DNA of 64,000 bases from Octopus sinensis (lineage: Eukaryota): the NCBI RefSeq assembly GCF_006345805.1, contig NC_043015.1:52452001-52516000 (forward strand). The letters are read 5' to 3'. Of this stretch, positions 15,130 to 29,241 are shown one piece after another (position 1 is the stretch's first letter; each line of letters starts with the position of its first letter). Below the pieces are notes generated by a model. It made no database searches, was not told the origin of the DNA, and saw only the letters and a list, made by a program, of their open reading frames with translations. A program made the position numbers and the translations under genes.

Positions 15130-15443
15130 CATGTGTATATGAATGTGTACATATACATCACATTCATATATATATATATTATATACATAGACACACACAC
15201 ATATATACAAACATACATAGTATATACATATACTTCTAAAATTGTATATATGTCATATATACTTATAACATTTTATACATGGTTGTGTAAGCCTATGTCA
15301 TAGATATATATATATATATATATATATATACGTGTGTGTGCAACATATATACACACACACACACACATATATATATTTCTTTTTTCAGAATAGATTTTAG
15401 ACATATTCAATATATACATATGCAACAAATAATCTATCTATCA

Positions 15444-15477
<34 letters not shown>

Positions 15478-15674
15478 TATACATTCATATATGTATACAT
15501 GGTGTATGCACAGGTATATGATTCAGTATGGATGCTCTTTACAATCTTTTACCAATACATTGAACAAACATCATAAATATCATGCACACACACACACATA
15601 CAACTTATATATTACATATGTATTATATCACACTACAGATGTTATTGGTTTGCATATTTTATTTGTTATACAAC

Positions 15675-15703
<29 letters not shown>

Positions 15704-15705
<2 letters not shown>

Positions 15706-16031
15706 GCACTCCATTGGCTACGACCACGAGGCTTCCAGTTGATCCGATCAACGGAACAGCCTGCTCGTGAAATTAACATGCAAATGGCTGAGCACTCCAC
15801 AGACTCGTGTACCTTTAATGTAGTTCTCAGGGAGATCCAGTGTGACAAAGCTGGCCCTTTGAAATACAGGTACAACAGGAACAGGGAGAAAGAGTACAGC
15901 AGGGTTCTCCACTCACCCACTGCCCCAGCTTTGTGGAGCTTTAAGTGTTTTCATTCAATAAATACTTACAATGTCCAGGCTGGGAATTGAAACTGCAAGT
16001 CTACTGCCCTAACCACTGGGCCATTGCACCT
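15704..16031 (-). mobile_element. tRNA-derived SINE, family B
   Basis: Reverse complement reads GGTGCAATGGCCCAGTGGTTAGGGCAG...GAGCAGGCTGTTCCGTTGATCGGATCAACTGGAA, matching 46809-47130. Confidence 0.85.
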
Positions 16032-16916
16032 AAACACACACACACGTGTTTCATTCAGGTTTACGTCTATTCTTCCATGCAATCATGGGTTTGATGAATA
16101 TATTTTTGAGCCATTGTTTTACAGTTGGGTATCTTTTTCGCCATTCGTCCTTACATGTATTTCCAGAAAGAAACATTTTATTTCACTAATCTTTGAGGTT
16201 GCAAACCTAGCTGAAAATCCAATGAGTGATGACAGTGTCTTCACCATTATTGATACCTCGAGTGATTTTTGAAGTACTAATTTAATCAATACGCACATAT
16301 TTATAGAATGAGCTTCGTTTAGTATTGTCTTCCAAATATATTTACAATGCTTCTGTTAGCCTGCAGCAATACTACAAGTCAGTTGCTTCAAGTACCATGC
16401 AGGACTGAAACTATATGATCTGAAAGCAAACTGCTTCTCCACACAGATTTAATGTTTTATCCAAGTATTTTCTCTTATTCCATAGCTCATCTGTATAGAA
16501 GAGGCTTTGAATTAGTGAAAGCATAGCTTCTTTGCGAAAAACATCAAATCTTTAAAATATAACAATTTTCTTTGTTTTTCTCTTTGACACAGAGAGATTC
16601 CTCTTTGAATTTCTGGTCTCCTTGATCTTTGAAATATGCAAACATATATATCATGTACATGTAGTGAAGAATTTCAGTTTGATTAGGTAACTTGCTGAGT
16701 GAGGAAGACACATGGATATGTTCGTTCTCTTTACAGCTTTTTGGAAAAACTTTATGGAATATTTAGCCTAGGGGATTGGAAGCTAACAGATGGTAATGAT
16801 ATAAATAAGACTAATCTTTTGTGTAACCATATTTCTATTCAAAATACACTGTCTTTGTTTCAATAAATTTTGAAAATGATAAAGAATTCCATAAAATAAC
16901 TTTGTCAATATTAACC

Positions 16917-17000
16917 GGCACTCTGTCAATGTTCCAGATGATCTGATCAACAGAACAGCCTACTCCTGAAATTAACAAGTGATTGAGCACTCCACAGGCA
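16917..17000 (-). mobile_element. SINE family B 3' fragment
   Basis: GATCAACAGAACAGCC...GAAATTAAC...GAGCACTCCACAG matches 15730-15800. Confidence 0.65.
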
Positions 17001-17049
17001 TTTTTGACAAGGTACTACATAAATTATATATGTATTTCATATACCTGTG

Positions 17050-17217
17050 ACAAGGTACTACTCATTACAGGCACTACTTATTTTTGACAGCTGAGTAGAC
17101 TGGAACAACATGAAATAAAGTATCTTGCTCAAGATCACAATGTACTTTGCATTTTGAACTTGTAACACCTTATTATCACGAGTCAAAATACCCTAACCAT
17201 TAAACTACATGCCTTCA
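17050..17217 (-). mobile_element. tRNA-derived SINE with CORE-like segment
   Basis: Head GCATGTAGTTTAATGGTTAGGGTA...AGTTCAAA on the minus strand. The segment ATGAAATAAAGTATCTTGCTCAAGATCACA resembles the CORE-SINE motif (recalled). Confidence 0.5.
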
Positions 17218-17688
17218 TTTATCTGTTATTAAGCTGGTGTTTGGAACATGAATTAACATTAGACTTTGATAGGTTTTAATTTAGATAATCTAAAACAGCA
17301 CCACAGAGCTAGAGACAGTCTGCCTTAGGTTGGTATCAAAAAGGTTATTCATCTCCTGGCTATGGTCAGTATTTGTAATAAATCTCTGGCGATTAATGTG
17401 TGTACAATAGACAAACTTTAGTTTTAGTGCAACTGCAATGTCATATGCAGATAGCTGCACACCTGTTATATTAGACTAGATGTAGAGTATTTACCTGGCT
17501 AGTAGTAACATTTAAAAATATAATAGATTAATCACTATTAATCTTAAAAGATACATTATTAAGCAAGGTTATAATGCAAACAAGATTAATTTAACAATTT
17601 CAATATAGACGAGATTTACTCAATGATATATTTAGGTTTGGAGTTATTTCAAACTAAGTAGAAAATTGATTGGATAATAAACTATTGT

Positions 17689-17903
17689 TTTCTACTCTAG
17701 GCACAAGGCCTGAAATTTTGGGGAAGGGGAGTGCAGGCGATTAAATTGACCCCAGTATGCAACTGGAACTTAATTTACTAACTCTGAAAGGATGAAAGGC
17801 AAAGTCGACCTTGGCGGAATTTGAACTCAGACTGTATAAAGACAGATGAAACACCACTTAGCATTTCATTTGTCGTGCTAATGTTTCTACCTGCTCGCTG
17901 CCT
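17689..17903 (-). mobile_element. SINE family A, near full length
   Basis: GGCACAAGGCCTGAAATT...GAAAGGATGAAAGGCAAAGTCGACCTTGGCGGAATTTGAACTCAG...CTCGCTGCCTT. Confidence 0.85.
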
Positions 17904-18419
17904 TTATTGATAACAAACTATTGTTAATATTTGGTGCATGCTCAGCTTAACGAAGCTAATTAAAGAATGTAGATTTGTATTTTCTCTCTATTTCACTTCC
18001 AATGACCTTTCCCATTTTGGTGCTGTACTTCCCTTTGTGAGTTCAGGTTTGAAGAACAGTTCTTTTCATATGAAAGTTTGAAGGTACCTATGAATGGTTG
18101 AAAAATTAACTCATGATGATCCTTTCCATTTAACCCCTTATTTTAAAGCACAAGTGGCTTGTCCTCGTGAATGAACATAAATTTATAATGTTTTATTTAT
18201 CATTAACATTTTGATGTCCACTTTTCTATTCTTGCTTGGGTTGGATGGAGTTTCAGACAGATTTTCTGCATTTGGATACCGTTCCTGTCAAATCTCATCA
18301 GTTTCTTAACAAGGTTTTCTCCACTGCCATTTATGAAGAATATCAGAAATGCTGGACGTTGCTCATATGACTACCATATGATACAAACATACACGTGTAT
18401 TACATATATGATGGCCATC

Positions 18420-18559
18420 TTTCAAATCTACTCACAAGGCTTTAATCAGCTTGGGATATAGTAGATGACACTTGCCCAAGGTGCCATGTCGTAGGACTGA
18501 ACCCAGAACCATGTGACTGGGAAGCAAACATCTTAAACCACACAGCCAAATCTGCATCC
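18420..18559 (-). mobile_element. tRNA-derived SINE, family C
   Basis: Minus strand reads GGCTGTGTGGTTTAAG...GGTTCTGGGTTCAGTCC...CACCTTGGGCAAGTGTC, shared with other copies in the window. Confidence 0.7.
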
Positions 18560-19767
18560 TTACCTTGTCTTAAGCTATTCATATTATTTGTACAAGTTTA
18601 TACAGGTTAATTGTAGGTTTTAGTTTCTCATAGTATGTTTTATTTATGGTTGCTATCTAATTTGTGAACATTTTAACATCTGATGCGTAACACACCATGT
18701 TCTCGTACAAGCAATGTCAGTTTGATAGAGAGACTCTGCTAATGTACAACACAAATATTCGATCTCTATAAACAAAGAATCTGTACAGGTTTTCCAGCAA
18801 GGAAAAGCAGAATTGTCTTTCTCAAACCCAAGAAACAACCCAGAAGATCTGAGTTCTAAAGTCGATACAGAAATAATTACTATCAATTTTATTTTCTATT
18901 GTATGTAATGTTTTAAGATTTTAAGCTGTTACGATTTATAGTTCAAGTACAAACATTTTTGCTAGGAAATTTTCAAATGGCATCAAATTATACTTTTTAA
19001 GGCAGTTTGTAACCATGGAAAGCAATGAACTTGCTTCAGGGTGTCCAAATCATGTTCACATTGAACTACGCAACTCATATGGGAAGCTCTCTGGTTGGTT
19101 GTCATAAATATGTCTGCACTGAAACATTAAGACTTCTACGCATTTTTAGACTTCAGTAGAGTTTTTGTTCTTATTTACCTGGAATACTATAGGTTCTTGA
19201 CTTATTTGGTTCCTTGGAAACGTATAGTGAAAGGGATAAAAATGTTTTTTTAACAGAAATATAGTGTTTTGTAAGTAGTTATACATAAGATTGGAAAGCC
19301 ATTATATGGCAGATATACAGCACATACATACACATTATATATTACAAACATATTATTTATAACATATATACATTATATATAGCATATGTATATAAGCTAT
19401 AATATGTATATAATGTATATTATTTAATATAAATAATCATATTTTAAGAGTATACTGTATATAACTATATATGAAATTTTATATAATTATTCTGCTCCAG
19501 TTTTGGCTTGGTTTCTACAGCTGGATGCCTTTCCAGTCACTTTACTGAGTGTACTGGGTGCTTTTCCCATGAACATTGTATGTATATAATATGCTCAATA
19601 ATATATTATGTTCTATATATGTAACACATATACATATGTATGCACATATATGCATGTGTACATATTTTTATATATGACATTCTATATACTGTAATACAAA
19701 CAACGGATAAACGTGTGTGTATTTATCATGTTTTAAAAACAAATGAATATTTCAAAATATACATGCA

Positions 19768-19990
19768 AAGCTGGCTGTATGGACAAGAAGTTTTTCCCAA
19801 TCAGACTGTTTTGGGTTCAGTCCCACTTAGCGACACTATGGAGCAAGTGTCATTTTCCATAGCCTTTACAATGGTTTTGGTAATCAACAAAGACTCATTT
19901 CTAAGTGTGAGTATGTATTCATGTCTCCTCCTTAACATCACAATAAGCCAAACTGTCATACAAGTTGTGACTCATTTGCAATCATGTCTA
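19768..19990 (+). mobile_element. Degenerate SINE, family C
   Basis: GGCTGTATGG...GGGTTCAGTCCCACT...GGAGCAAGTGTC. Confidence 0.55.
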
Positions 19991-20759
19991 ACCACTGTGC
20001 TGTTCATGCTCAAAGACTACAGGAAATATAAAATTAGAAACTGGTGACGTTTGGCAACAAGGCGGGCATTGTTGTAGAAAACCTGCTCATTGTATTGTCT
20101 GTCCCACGCAAGCATGGAAAAGTAGCCATTGAAATATGGAAAGTATTGTATAAGATTTATAATACATTTCATATTCGTTTTTCACTGTTTGTATCAGTTG
20201 GGTGAATATGCAGAGGTTTAGTTTTACAGCTGCAGGCCCTTACAGGTGCTAACTGTTATCTGTTTTTCAAGTAAAGGATCTCTTACTTTACTCAGCTTCG
20301 ATGAAACTGTGACTGGATGATGTGTTGACATTAGACACCGACTTCATCACCACTTTTGAAGAAACTATCACAGATGCAAACAAACCTGCATTTATCATCA
20401 CCACATGTCCATTCTACTTTTCTATTCATTCTTGATTAGATCAGAAGGTATGTTGGGGCAGTGTTTACTAAGTAAGTTACTGCTCCAGATGCCAAACCTT
20501 ACCCATTTCCAAACAATGCAATAATCTCATAGTTGGACGAATAACAAACAACCTGGAAATGGTTATACAGAGAATTGGAAACAAGACACCACAGGAATGA
20601 GTTTTTTTTGTTTACAAAGATTGTACAATATGTCAAGATGAGTCAGAAAACCTAGATGTGGTTCTCTGGTTGACTACAAATTACATTGTCTAACACTATC
20701 AGCAAGGGTAATGCTAACAACCAGAGAATACATTTCACCGTGAGAGGTAATATGATAGG

Positions 20760-20865
20760 TTTCTTTCAGTTTCCATCTAGCAAATTCACTTGCAAGGCTC
20801 GAGTCAACTTAATGCTAAAGACACTTGCTCAAGGTGCCATGTAATGAAACTTAACCTGAAACATA
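20760..20865 (-). mobile_element. SINE family C fragment
   Basis: TTCTTTCAGTTTCC...GACACTTGCTCAAGGTGCC, shared with 18420 and 44406. Confidence 0.55.
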
Positions 20866-20882
20866 TGTATGAATATATGTAT

Positions 20883-20939
<57 letters not shown>

Positions 20940-21360
20940 GTGTGTGAGTGTATATGTATGTGTCTACATACACCTGAGTGTGATTCTACAGCTGCATGCT
21001 TTTCCTGTTGCCAAATTTCACTTCATACAAAGCTAAATAATTTCTTTGTGACAGAACCGGCTTCCATGAACGACTGGAAATGTAACAACAACTGTGTACT
21101 GGAGTCATTTGTTTAAATCTACCACACAATGTCATGAGAAAGAGGCATAGACACACAAATACACTATATATATATACTGTTTCCCATGCTGGCATAGGTC
21201 AGATGATTAGACAGGACCTGGCAAACCACAGGGCTGCATCGAGCCCCAATGCCAGCTATGGCTTCTTTTGACTGGATGTCCTTCCTAATACCAATCATTT
21301 TACAGTGTATGTGTGTGTGTATATATATATGTATATATATATATATATATATATGAGTCA

Positions 21361-21617
21361 AAATCAAAATCAAATCGATCAACATCAATGGAAATTGTAA
21401 CCAGTGCCGATGGCATGTAAGAGAACCATCCGAACATGGCCATTGCCAGCGCCGCCCCGACTGGCATCCGTGCCGGTGGCACGTAAAATGCACTATCCGA
21501 TTGTGGCCGTTGCCAGCCTCGTGTGGCCCTGTGCCAGTGGCGCAGCCTTCTGGCTTCCCAGACCCCAGTTGAACCGTCCAACCCATGCTAGCATGGAAAA
21601 TGGACGTTAAACGATGA
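21361..21617 (+). mobile_element. GC-rich SINE/RTE-tail repeat (family D)
   Basis: Internal GTGCCGGTGGCAC repeats and 3' end CCAACCCATGCTAGCATGGAAAATGGACGTTAAACGATGAT. Related fragments at 9880-10090, 20030-20130, 45230-45430 and 53545-53685. Confidence 0.65.
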
Positions 21618-21636
21618 TATATATATGTCTGTGTAG

Positions 21637-21687
<51 letters not shown>

Positions 21688-21796
21688 GCTTCTTTCAGTT
21701 TCTGTCAACAAAATTCACGCACGACTAGTTGGCTGCCCAAGTTATACCATATTTGTGTCATAGATCTCAAAACCACTTAGAAAACAAACTCCTAAA

Positions 21797-21840
<44 letters not shown>

Positions 21841-22462
21841 GAAGGCCTTAGTCTTTTAACTCTTTTCATTTTGTTATTTTTCATCCTGAAACCTATGATG
21901 ACACCAAATTTTGAAGGAGATGAAAAACAAAGACAAAAACAAAAGGAAAAAGAAAATGAGAAAAGTAAAATAAGAAATTTTATGACTGAGCCAGGAAAAA
22001 AAAAAGAAACGGGTTTGTAGGAATAATTTAGTAAATATTAAAATGAATATAGATACATAATAAAACACATACACTATGCAAACATATATATATACACATA
22101 TGTATACATTTATGCGTATATGGCATATATACACACACATAAATGTATGCATATACATATATGTATATAGACACATGAGCATTATTCATACATATATACA
22201 TATACGTACAAATATATATATATATACATATATACACACGAATGAATGTATACATACATATATGTGTAAATAAACCCAGAAAGATATGTAATCAAAGAAA
22301 AAAACATTTGATTTCTATCTTCTCTTCATCATAAAATATGGTGTAGTCAGATTGGTAGGGGTAGGAAGGTGGGGAAGGCTTACGTGTGCTACATGTGTAT
22401 ACACGTCATATATATGTCATATATATATATACATATATATCTCACACGTCATATATATATCA

Positions 22463-22502
<40 letters not shown>

Positions 22503-25397
22503 AGCAAGAGAAATGAGAGAGAGAGAGAGCAAGAAGGTATGAATGATGTGGTAAATAATCAGCGATATGATTAGGTATACTTATGTTCCCTATGGGTTTC
22601 ATTTTCTTTTGTCCTTAAAACTGAACGGAAATGAAGGATTAGTTTCATGTATTAAACCAGTATTCTATTTACAAATTAATAACAAAACTTGTCTCAGATA
22701 CTTTTTTCTGCTTTTTTTTTGTTTTTTTTTTTTTTGTTTCTCTGTTCAAATATAGTGCTTCGAACAAAAATATTTTTAAAAATATAATATATATATATAT
22801 TTTGATATATATTATATGTATATATGTGTGTGTATATATATACATATAGATATGTATATATATATCACAAAAGACCATGTGTTTATTTTTTTTTTTTAAT
22901 TTTCATCTGTTTGCAAATATTTTTTTTTCCTTAAATTCTAATGTCCATTGTCATTATTTTGTTTGTTTGTTTTGTTTGCTTCTTTGCTTCCACTGTAATA
23001 ATAATAATAATAATTACCAAAAAGAAAAAAAAAATGATAATGATTAACTTTTTCTTTTGTTTTTCAAAAAAATAGTCCCACAAAAACAAATCATTATCCT
23101 CCAGCTTGTACAATTGGAATGAGGCCAATTAAAATCGTTTCGACAATGAACCAAAATGGCCACCATGTAATATCAGCGTTACGTGAGAAAGGGAGACAAT
23201 TTAAATCTTAAAACACAATCTTTTGGTTATGGTATGTATCCATTTTTATTTATTTATTTCTGAATGTATGTAAAAATAAATAATATTAACTGAAAAGGTT
23301 AGTGATGTAGGGAGGGGACATGTGTACAAAACAAACAAAAACGACTTAACCATCATCACCGGACTAATCAATACGAAGGCTGATTCAAAATATTTGTTGG
23401 GTTTCATTTTGGTTTTTGAAAGTTGTTGGTTTTTTTTTTTGTTTTTCTTGGTTAACGCTTGATACGGCTGGTTGGTATTTTGGTGAATTGTTATGTTTTG
23501 AGTATTTTTGTTTTGCTTTTGGAACAAATTTATCTCCAGATCAAGAAGAAGGTGAAAGAAAGAGAAATTGATAACACAATGGAGGGAAGAAGGGAGGGAA
23601 TGGGAACTTGATACAAAAAAAAAATTTGAAACGAAAAAGACGGAGATGGGTGCGGGGCAGGAGAAATTGATAAATGAAAATATAAAAATAAATAAATTAT
23701 AAATAAAAAAAGATAAGTAAAAAAAAATATTTCGTGCAGAAACTGGTGTAGGCAAATTCTTAAGGGGATAAACTAAAAAAAAAAACAATATATATATATA
23801 TAGAGAGAGAGAGAAAGAGAGGGCATAAAGCGTCGCAAGCGGCGAATCAAAGAATTGTAGCTGACTGTTAGCATTAAAGGAGCGTTCTTCAAATGTTCTG
23901 ATTAAAGACTACACCCTTTATGTATCGGTAGGTATTGAACTGTTTCTTTTTGTTTGATGCCAAAATGACATTGGGTTGGAAGAAAATTGTTGACTTTGAA
24001 ATTATTTAGGTCTTTTTATTCTAACATCAATTATTAGTAGTTAATAGTACTATCATTATTATTACTATAGGCCTTTGTAAATACATTAACCAAACCACAA
24101 GACTCACAAATTGACTATCATAACTGATGATGATAATAATAAGTACATAATGTGTTTTTGAATCGGTGGGAATTTTTTTTCTTTCTTTTGTAAGTTTTTG
24201 ATGTAGTTTCAAATTCAGTATACGAGGCTGACAGTTGGGTGAATATACAATAAATATTACAGATGGTCAGAGAAATAAAATGGTTGTTTGATGCTAGTAT
24301 AATTTTTGGAAATTATCTGAACTTACTTTTAGTTTCATGTCTTATTTACCGAATATCAATCTTTATTTTTTTGAATGGTTTCAGCAACAACCAAAATCAG
24401 GCCTCAGTACTACCTTCAAGGATTTGAGTCAGTTATATTGATCATCTGCTTCCAATATACATATATATATATTTCAGTCTAGTACCTATTTTTTTTATCA
24501 ATCTCTACTTGCTGAACTGCTGCTACATAGTGATTTGCAGATATTTTAAGAGATGTTACATACAGCAGAAGGAAGGAAGATGATTTTGAAGGAATTAGTT
24601 AAAAACTGTGAAACCACTTTTTATATAGTTAGATGTATTAACTACACAACATTTTGGATTTAGTTGAATTGGATTTATAAAGTTTCAAATTCAGAAGGAC
24701 ACAATACATGCAACGAATGAAATTTTTTTAAATTTCTTAAAATGTTTGTTTACCATTTTTTCTTTCTTTTTTTTTTATATCCTTTTGTAATTTCATATTA
24801 TCTTATATATCATTTACATACGAATACAGAAACTATTCTCAAAGTTTTATTCATGTTTTTAAAATCAACAGGTCTTTACGCCATTCAGTTTGAATTGAGC
24901 ATGTTAAATAAGAGAGGTAGAGAGAAAGTTAAAGGGGAGAATATCAAGACATTTATTAGTGTTACTTTAGATAATGAATAGGTGGGTATTTTGAATTATT
25001 TAGTGCGGTAGGATACCTTTTTATTAAACAGTAGCAATGTATGGATTGTTTTAATTTTACTATTGTAAATTCACATCAGACCATGATAACTAATGTGTTT
25101 TTCTTTTCTCTCTCGTTTTTCCTTCTTTACTTCTAAGCTTGGTATGTTTATTTGGCATCTTTAAAGTAGATAAACCAAAATACTCAACAATCAGAATTTG
25201 TTAATTAGCGTTCATAATATCATTTCCAACTTTGGATTTATACAATAAGTCAGATCTAGTTTGACAGGGACAAGGGTGGGTGGGGGGAGTGATATTGATT
25301 GCATTTAACTGGGCAAAAGGACTGTTTTGTTTTACATTTAGTTTTCAAATTTATCATAATTTGTTTTTTTTTTTTGTTTTTATTTTTTAAAGAGAAA

Positions 25398-25495
25398 CCA
25401 GTATATCACTGGGGCTAATTTTTATTTTATTGACCCCGTAGGAGTGAAACGTAAAAGTCAACCTCTGCCAGATTTGAGCTAAGAATATCGGAGAG
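25398..25495 (-). mobile_element. SINE family A fragment
   Basis: TTATTGACCCC...AAAGTCAACCTCTGCCAGATTTGAGCT. Confidence 0.5.
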
Positions 25496-26466
25496 TTTTA
25501 GTGATAGGATGCTGTAAGGTGGAGGAGTAATATTGGCATCTTCCTGCAAAGAAAGTCATTTCAGTGCCTCAACCATCATCCCGTTCAAAGCAGATAGCAA
25601 CCGACAAAATGATGAGAAACCCCAGTAAACTGGGGAAAGGTGAGAGCAAGAAAAGGCAGGTGGAGGGAAATATAAGTGGTTTGTAATGACAAAAATATTA
25701 ACAAATAGAAACATGCAAATGGAATAAGCATAATGCTGTGAGACAGGTTTCTTTTCTTTCTTTTAAATTTAATTAAAAAAAAAATTTTTTAGTGTTTTAG
25801 TATTATTATTGTTATTATTATTCTTAGGCTGTTTAAAATTCAACATCCTGGTCACACAGGCTTAGCTGGCAGAAAATACATACACGCACACACAATTTTA
25901 TACACATATGCTTACACGCCCACAGAATTAGATAGAGAGTGAGTGAGAGCAATACAAGCTCACATGTTTCAACAGAAAAAAAAAAGAACAATAAAAGTCA
26001 CAATAAACATTTAAAGCAAAAGCAGAAGCAGATAAGCAGCGGCAGCAATAGCGGCGGAATGCATAAAAACAACAAATGATAGCATTAAAACATTGATGGC
26101 ATCATCTGGACGACACATCCTTAACAACCAATAAGAAACTTGGTCTACCAGTTTATTTATTTATTTATTTATTTCTTATTTTTTTTAAATATATATTTTT
26201 CTTTTACTTGTATATATATATTTTTTTTGGATTTTTCATATTTTTTTCATTTTACTTCTAAGATATAACTAAGACATGCAAAATTACAAGCAATGTTAAA
26301 AAAAAAAAAATAAAAGACTGTCTGGTTATCCAGCTTTTTTTTTGCTTTTTTTTTTAGACTGTAACAAAATCACCAAGGGTGACAGGACTTCAACCAGCAC
26401 AATGAAATGATATATCAGCAAAAAGATTCACTAAACTTCAATATATATATATATATATATGTATAC

Positions 26467-26501
<35 letters not shown>

Positions 26502-29071
26502 CATATATATGTATATATATATATTTATATATATGTATATATATATATGTATATACATATATATATATATACATATATATATATACACACACACATACAT
26601 ATATATATACACACATATGATATATAAAGTAATATATATTGGATATAGCATTATATAATGCAATACATATTATCTAATATACCATACAACTTATATATAT
26701 ACATACATATACATATATATATATTATAACATACAACTAACTTATATATAAATTATACATACATTATTATATAACTTATATATAAATTATACATACATAT
26801 TATATATATTATATATATATAAATACATACATTATATATATATGGATGGATGGATGGATGGGTGTGTGTTTTATATTTGATATACTCCATACCCAACAAC
26901 TTAAAAAAAAATACCTTTTTTTTTTTAACCTTTGTATTTTTTACTTTCCCCAATGTAATCCAATGTTAGCTTTCACCAAATCAGGCTGACTTGTCAAAAG
27001 AAAAAAAATAGGAGGGGAGGGCAAGGGGAATCAGTTAAATCTAAAGAGCCAATTAATTTGTTTTTAATTTCAAATTAGTTTCGTCAGGTTTTTTCTTATT
27101 TTTTCTTTCTTTTTTTTTTTTTTCTTTTTACAACACAACAACTCTTAATACCATAGAAGTCTCATTTTTCGGACAGATAGAAAAATCTGTGAGGGACAAT
27201 ACCTGGATCTTTTTTTTTTCCATTTCTCATTATAGGTACTTTTCTAAAAAAAAAAAAAGGGATTTTTATGGGATGGTGAGGGGTTGGGAGTTGAAAGGAA
27301 GATAAACGTTAAGAAAAACAATCTTTTAACAAATAGACTACCTGACTTCAAATAAGAAGAAATTGTTAATATTTTTTTTAATTTAAAAAAAAATTTTTTT
27401 TTCCATATTTTTTGTGTGAGTGGCACGTCAATGATTGGATCTCGCAATAGGAAAATTAATATTAATATTAATATTAATAATAATAATAACCATAACAATT
27501 ATAATGACAAAAGAAACTACAGAAATCAACTAGATGAAATAAACTAGACAAATGTGTCCGTATAATATACATGTGTGTGTGTATACACACACAAACATGT
27601 ATATATACATGTATATGTATATAAATTACTAACAACAGCTACAACTGAAGTAAAGTAAATGAACAAACATTAAAAATAAACAATTGAAAGAAAATAAGAT
27701 GGACCTTAACCTTACTGTAATTCCCAATGTAATTTTACACATGAATATACAAGGAAAAATACACATTTACATGCTAGCACAAAACATACATGTATATTGT
27801 GTTTTTTTATGCGAGAATGTGCATATAAAGATATATACACACACATATAAATATATACATGAACTGATGTCATCGACCCTGATGATCAATTGATATACAT
27901 ATATATATATATATACACACATATATATGACAGCACATGTAGTAGTCAAATTAAATGCTTCACTAGAATTTATGCATTACATAATTTTAAGTGCAACAGA
28001 AATGAATGTTGATGACCAACTTGCAAAGTAGTTTCTTTAATCAATCACGACCAAAATTAATTTACTATGCCTGGTCTTCTACTAATTCAAGAATGGACCA
28101 ATGAGAGAGCATCTACATGATTGCTTGACTGACAGAAATTGCAGCCAAATCTCCCTCAAATCAAACCCTGCCATCTTCAACAAGGACACATTAGATGCAG
28201 TCTTAGATGCCTCTAGATTGATAGGATGGTCATAGCTGGAATGTCCTTGAACATAGTATTTACTTAATCAAGGTTGATTTGGGGTGATTTAAGACTAACA
28301 GAATAAAGAACTACTCCCTCAAAGAAAAAAAAAATGAAAAGAAGAAATGGTCAAAGAGGTGTTGGAATATCTCTAATCCCTCTGAACCCTTTTAACACCA
28401 TGATAAATGGAATATAAACCAAAAATCTCCAACAGGAACTTATAAACCTACTCTGAGAAATGCTGAACAAATCTGAAGACTTAAAAAAAACTTTCTCTCA
28501 TTTTAGACAAAAAATATAAATAAACAAACGAAGGATGATACCTTATTAATATTTAAACTAAGAGGGTTTCCTCTAGAGAAAATAGTTAAAAATAATTTGA
28601 GCACTTAAATCCAACCCTTAAATCCCTAAAAAATTATGCAAATTAATAACAAGATGAAGGCTGGTTAAACAAGTTTGGGTTGTTGTGTATTGTGATTTTT
28701 TTGTTGTTTTGTTGTCACTTTTCTTTTTAAAGTATATATTTAGATTGATGAAAACTACATTTTAAGGGCTTAAAATAAGCAGTTGCACAAAGCTGACATT
28801 ATTTGGAAAAAAGGGGATTGAGACATAAAAAAAAAGTCATTTCACAATGCAGGCAGAAAAAAAGCAAGAAGAGGTTAAAAAAGACAAAAAAAAAAATGAT
28901 TAAAAAAATAAAACACAGGTTGAAGTTCCTGGGGCTTGCTTGTTTTATAGGAAGGAGCTGCTGCTGATGCTGCTGGAAAAGGGTTGCTTTTTTTTTTTTG
29001 GTGTGGCCAGTTGAGTTTGAATGCCCAACACACAAGCGAAGCAAATGTTATGCAGGCTTTTTGCTAAGATG

Positions 29072-29103
<32 letters not shown>

Positions 29104-29200
29104 GTAAAATTAATAAATAAATGAAAAAAAAGTAAAAATACCAACCAAAAACAGTGAAAAGTATCTTTTTTCTGTTGTGAAATTTTTCAATAAAAAAGTA

Positions 29201-29241
<41 letters not shown>

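Noticed and set aside
4546-20552. Scattered minus-strand exon candidates (4546-4602, 10691-10731, 19179-19212, 20503-20552)
   Set aside because: Good splice-like sites, but multiple open frames, no recognisable protein, and conflict with the plus-strand candidate chain; unresolved without RNA data.
23246-23788. 180-aa minus-strand ORF
   Set aside because: F/K/N homopolymer-driven composition with no domain features.
27060-27095. CTGACGA...GAAA hammerhead-like core on minus strand
   Set aside because: Stem II is 2 A-U pairs, and no stems I or III can form.
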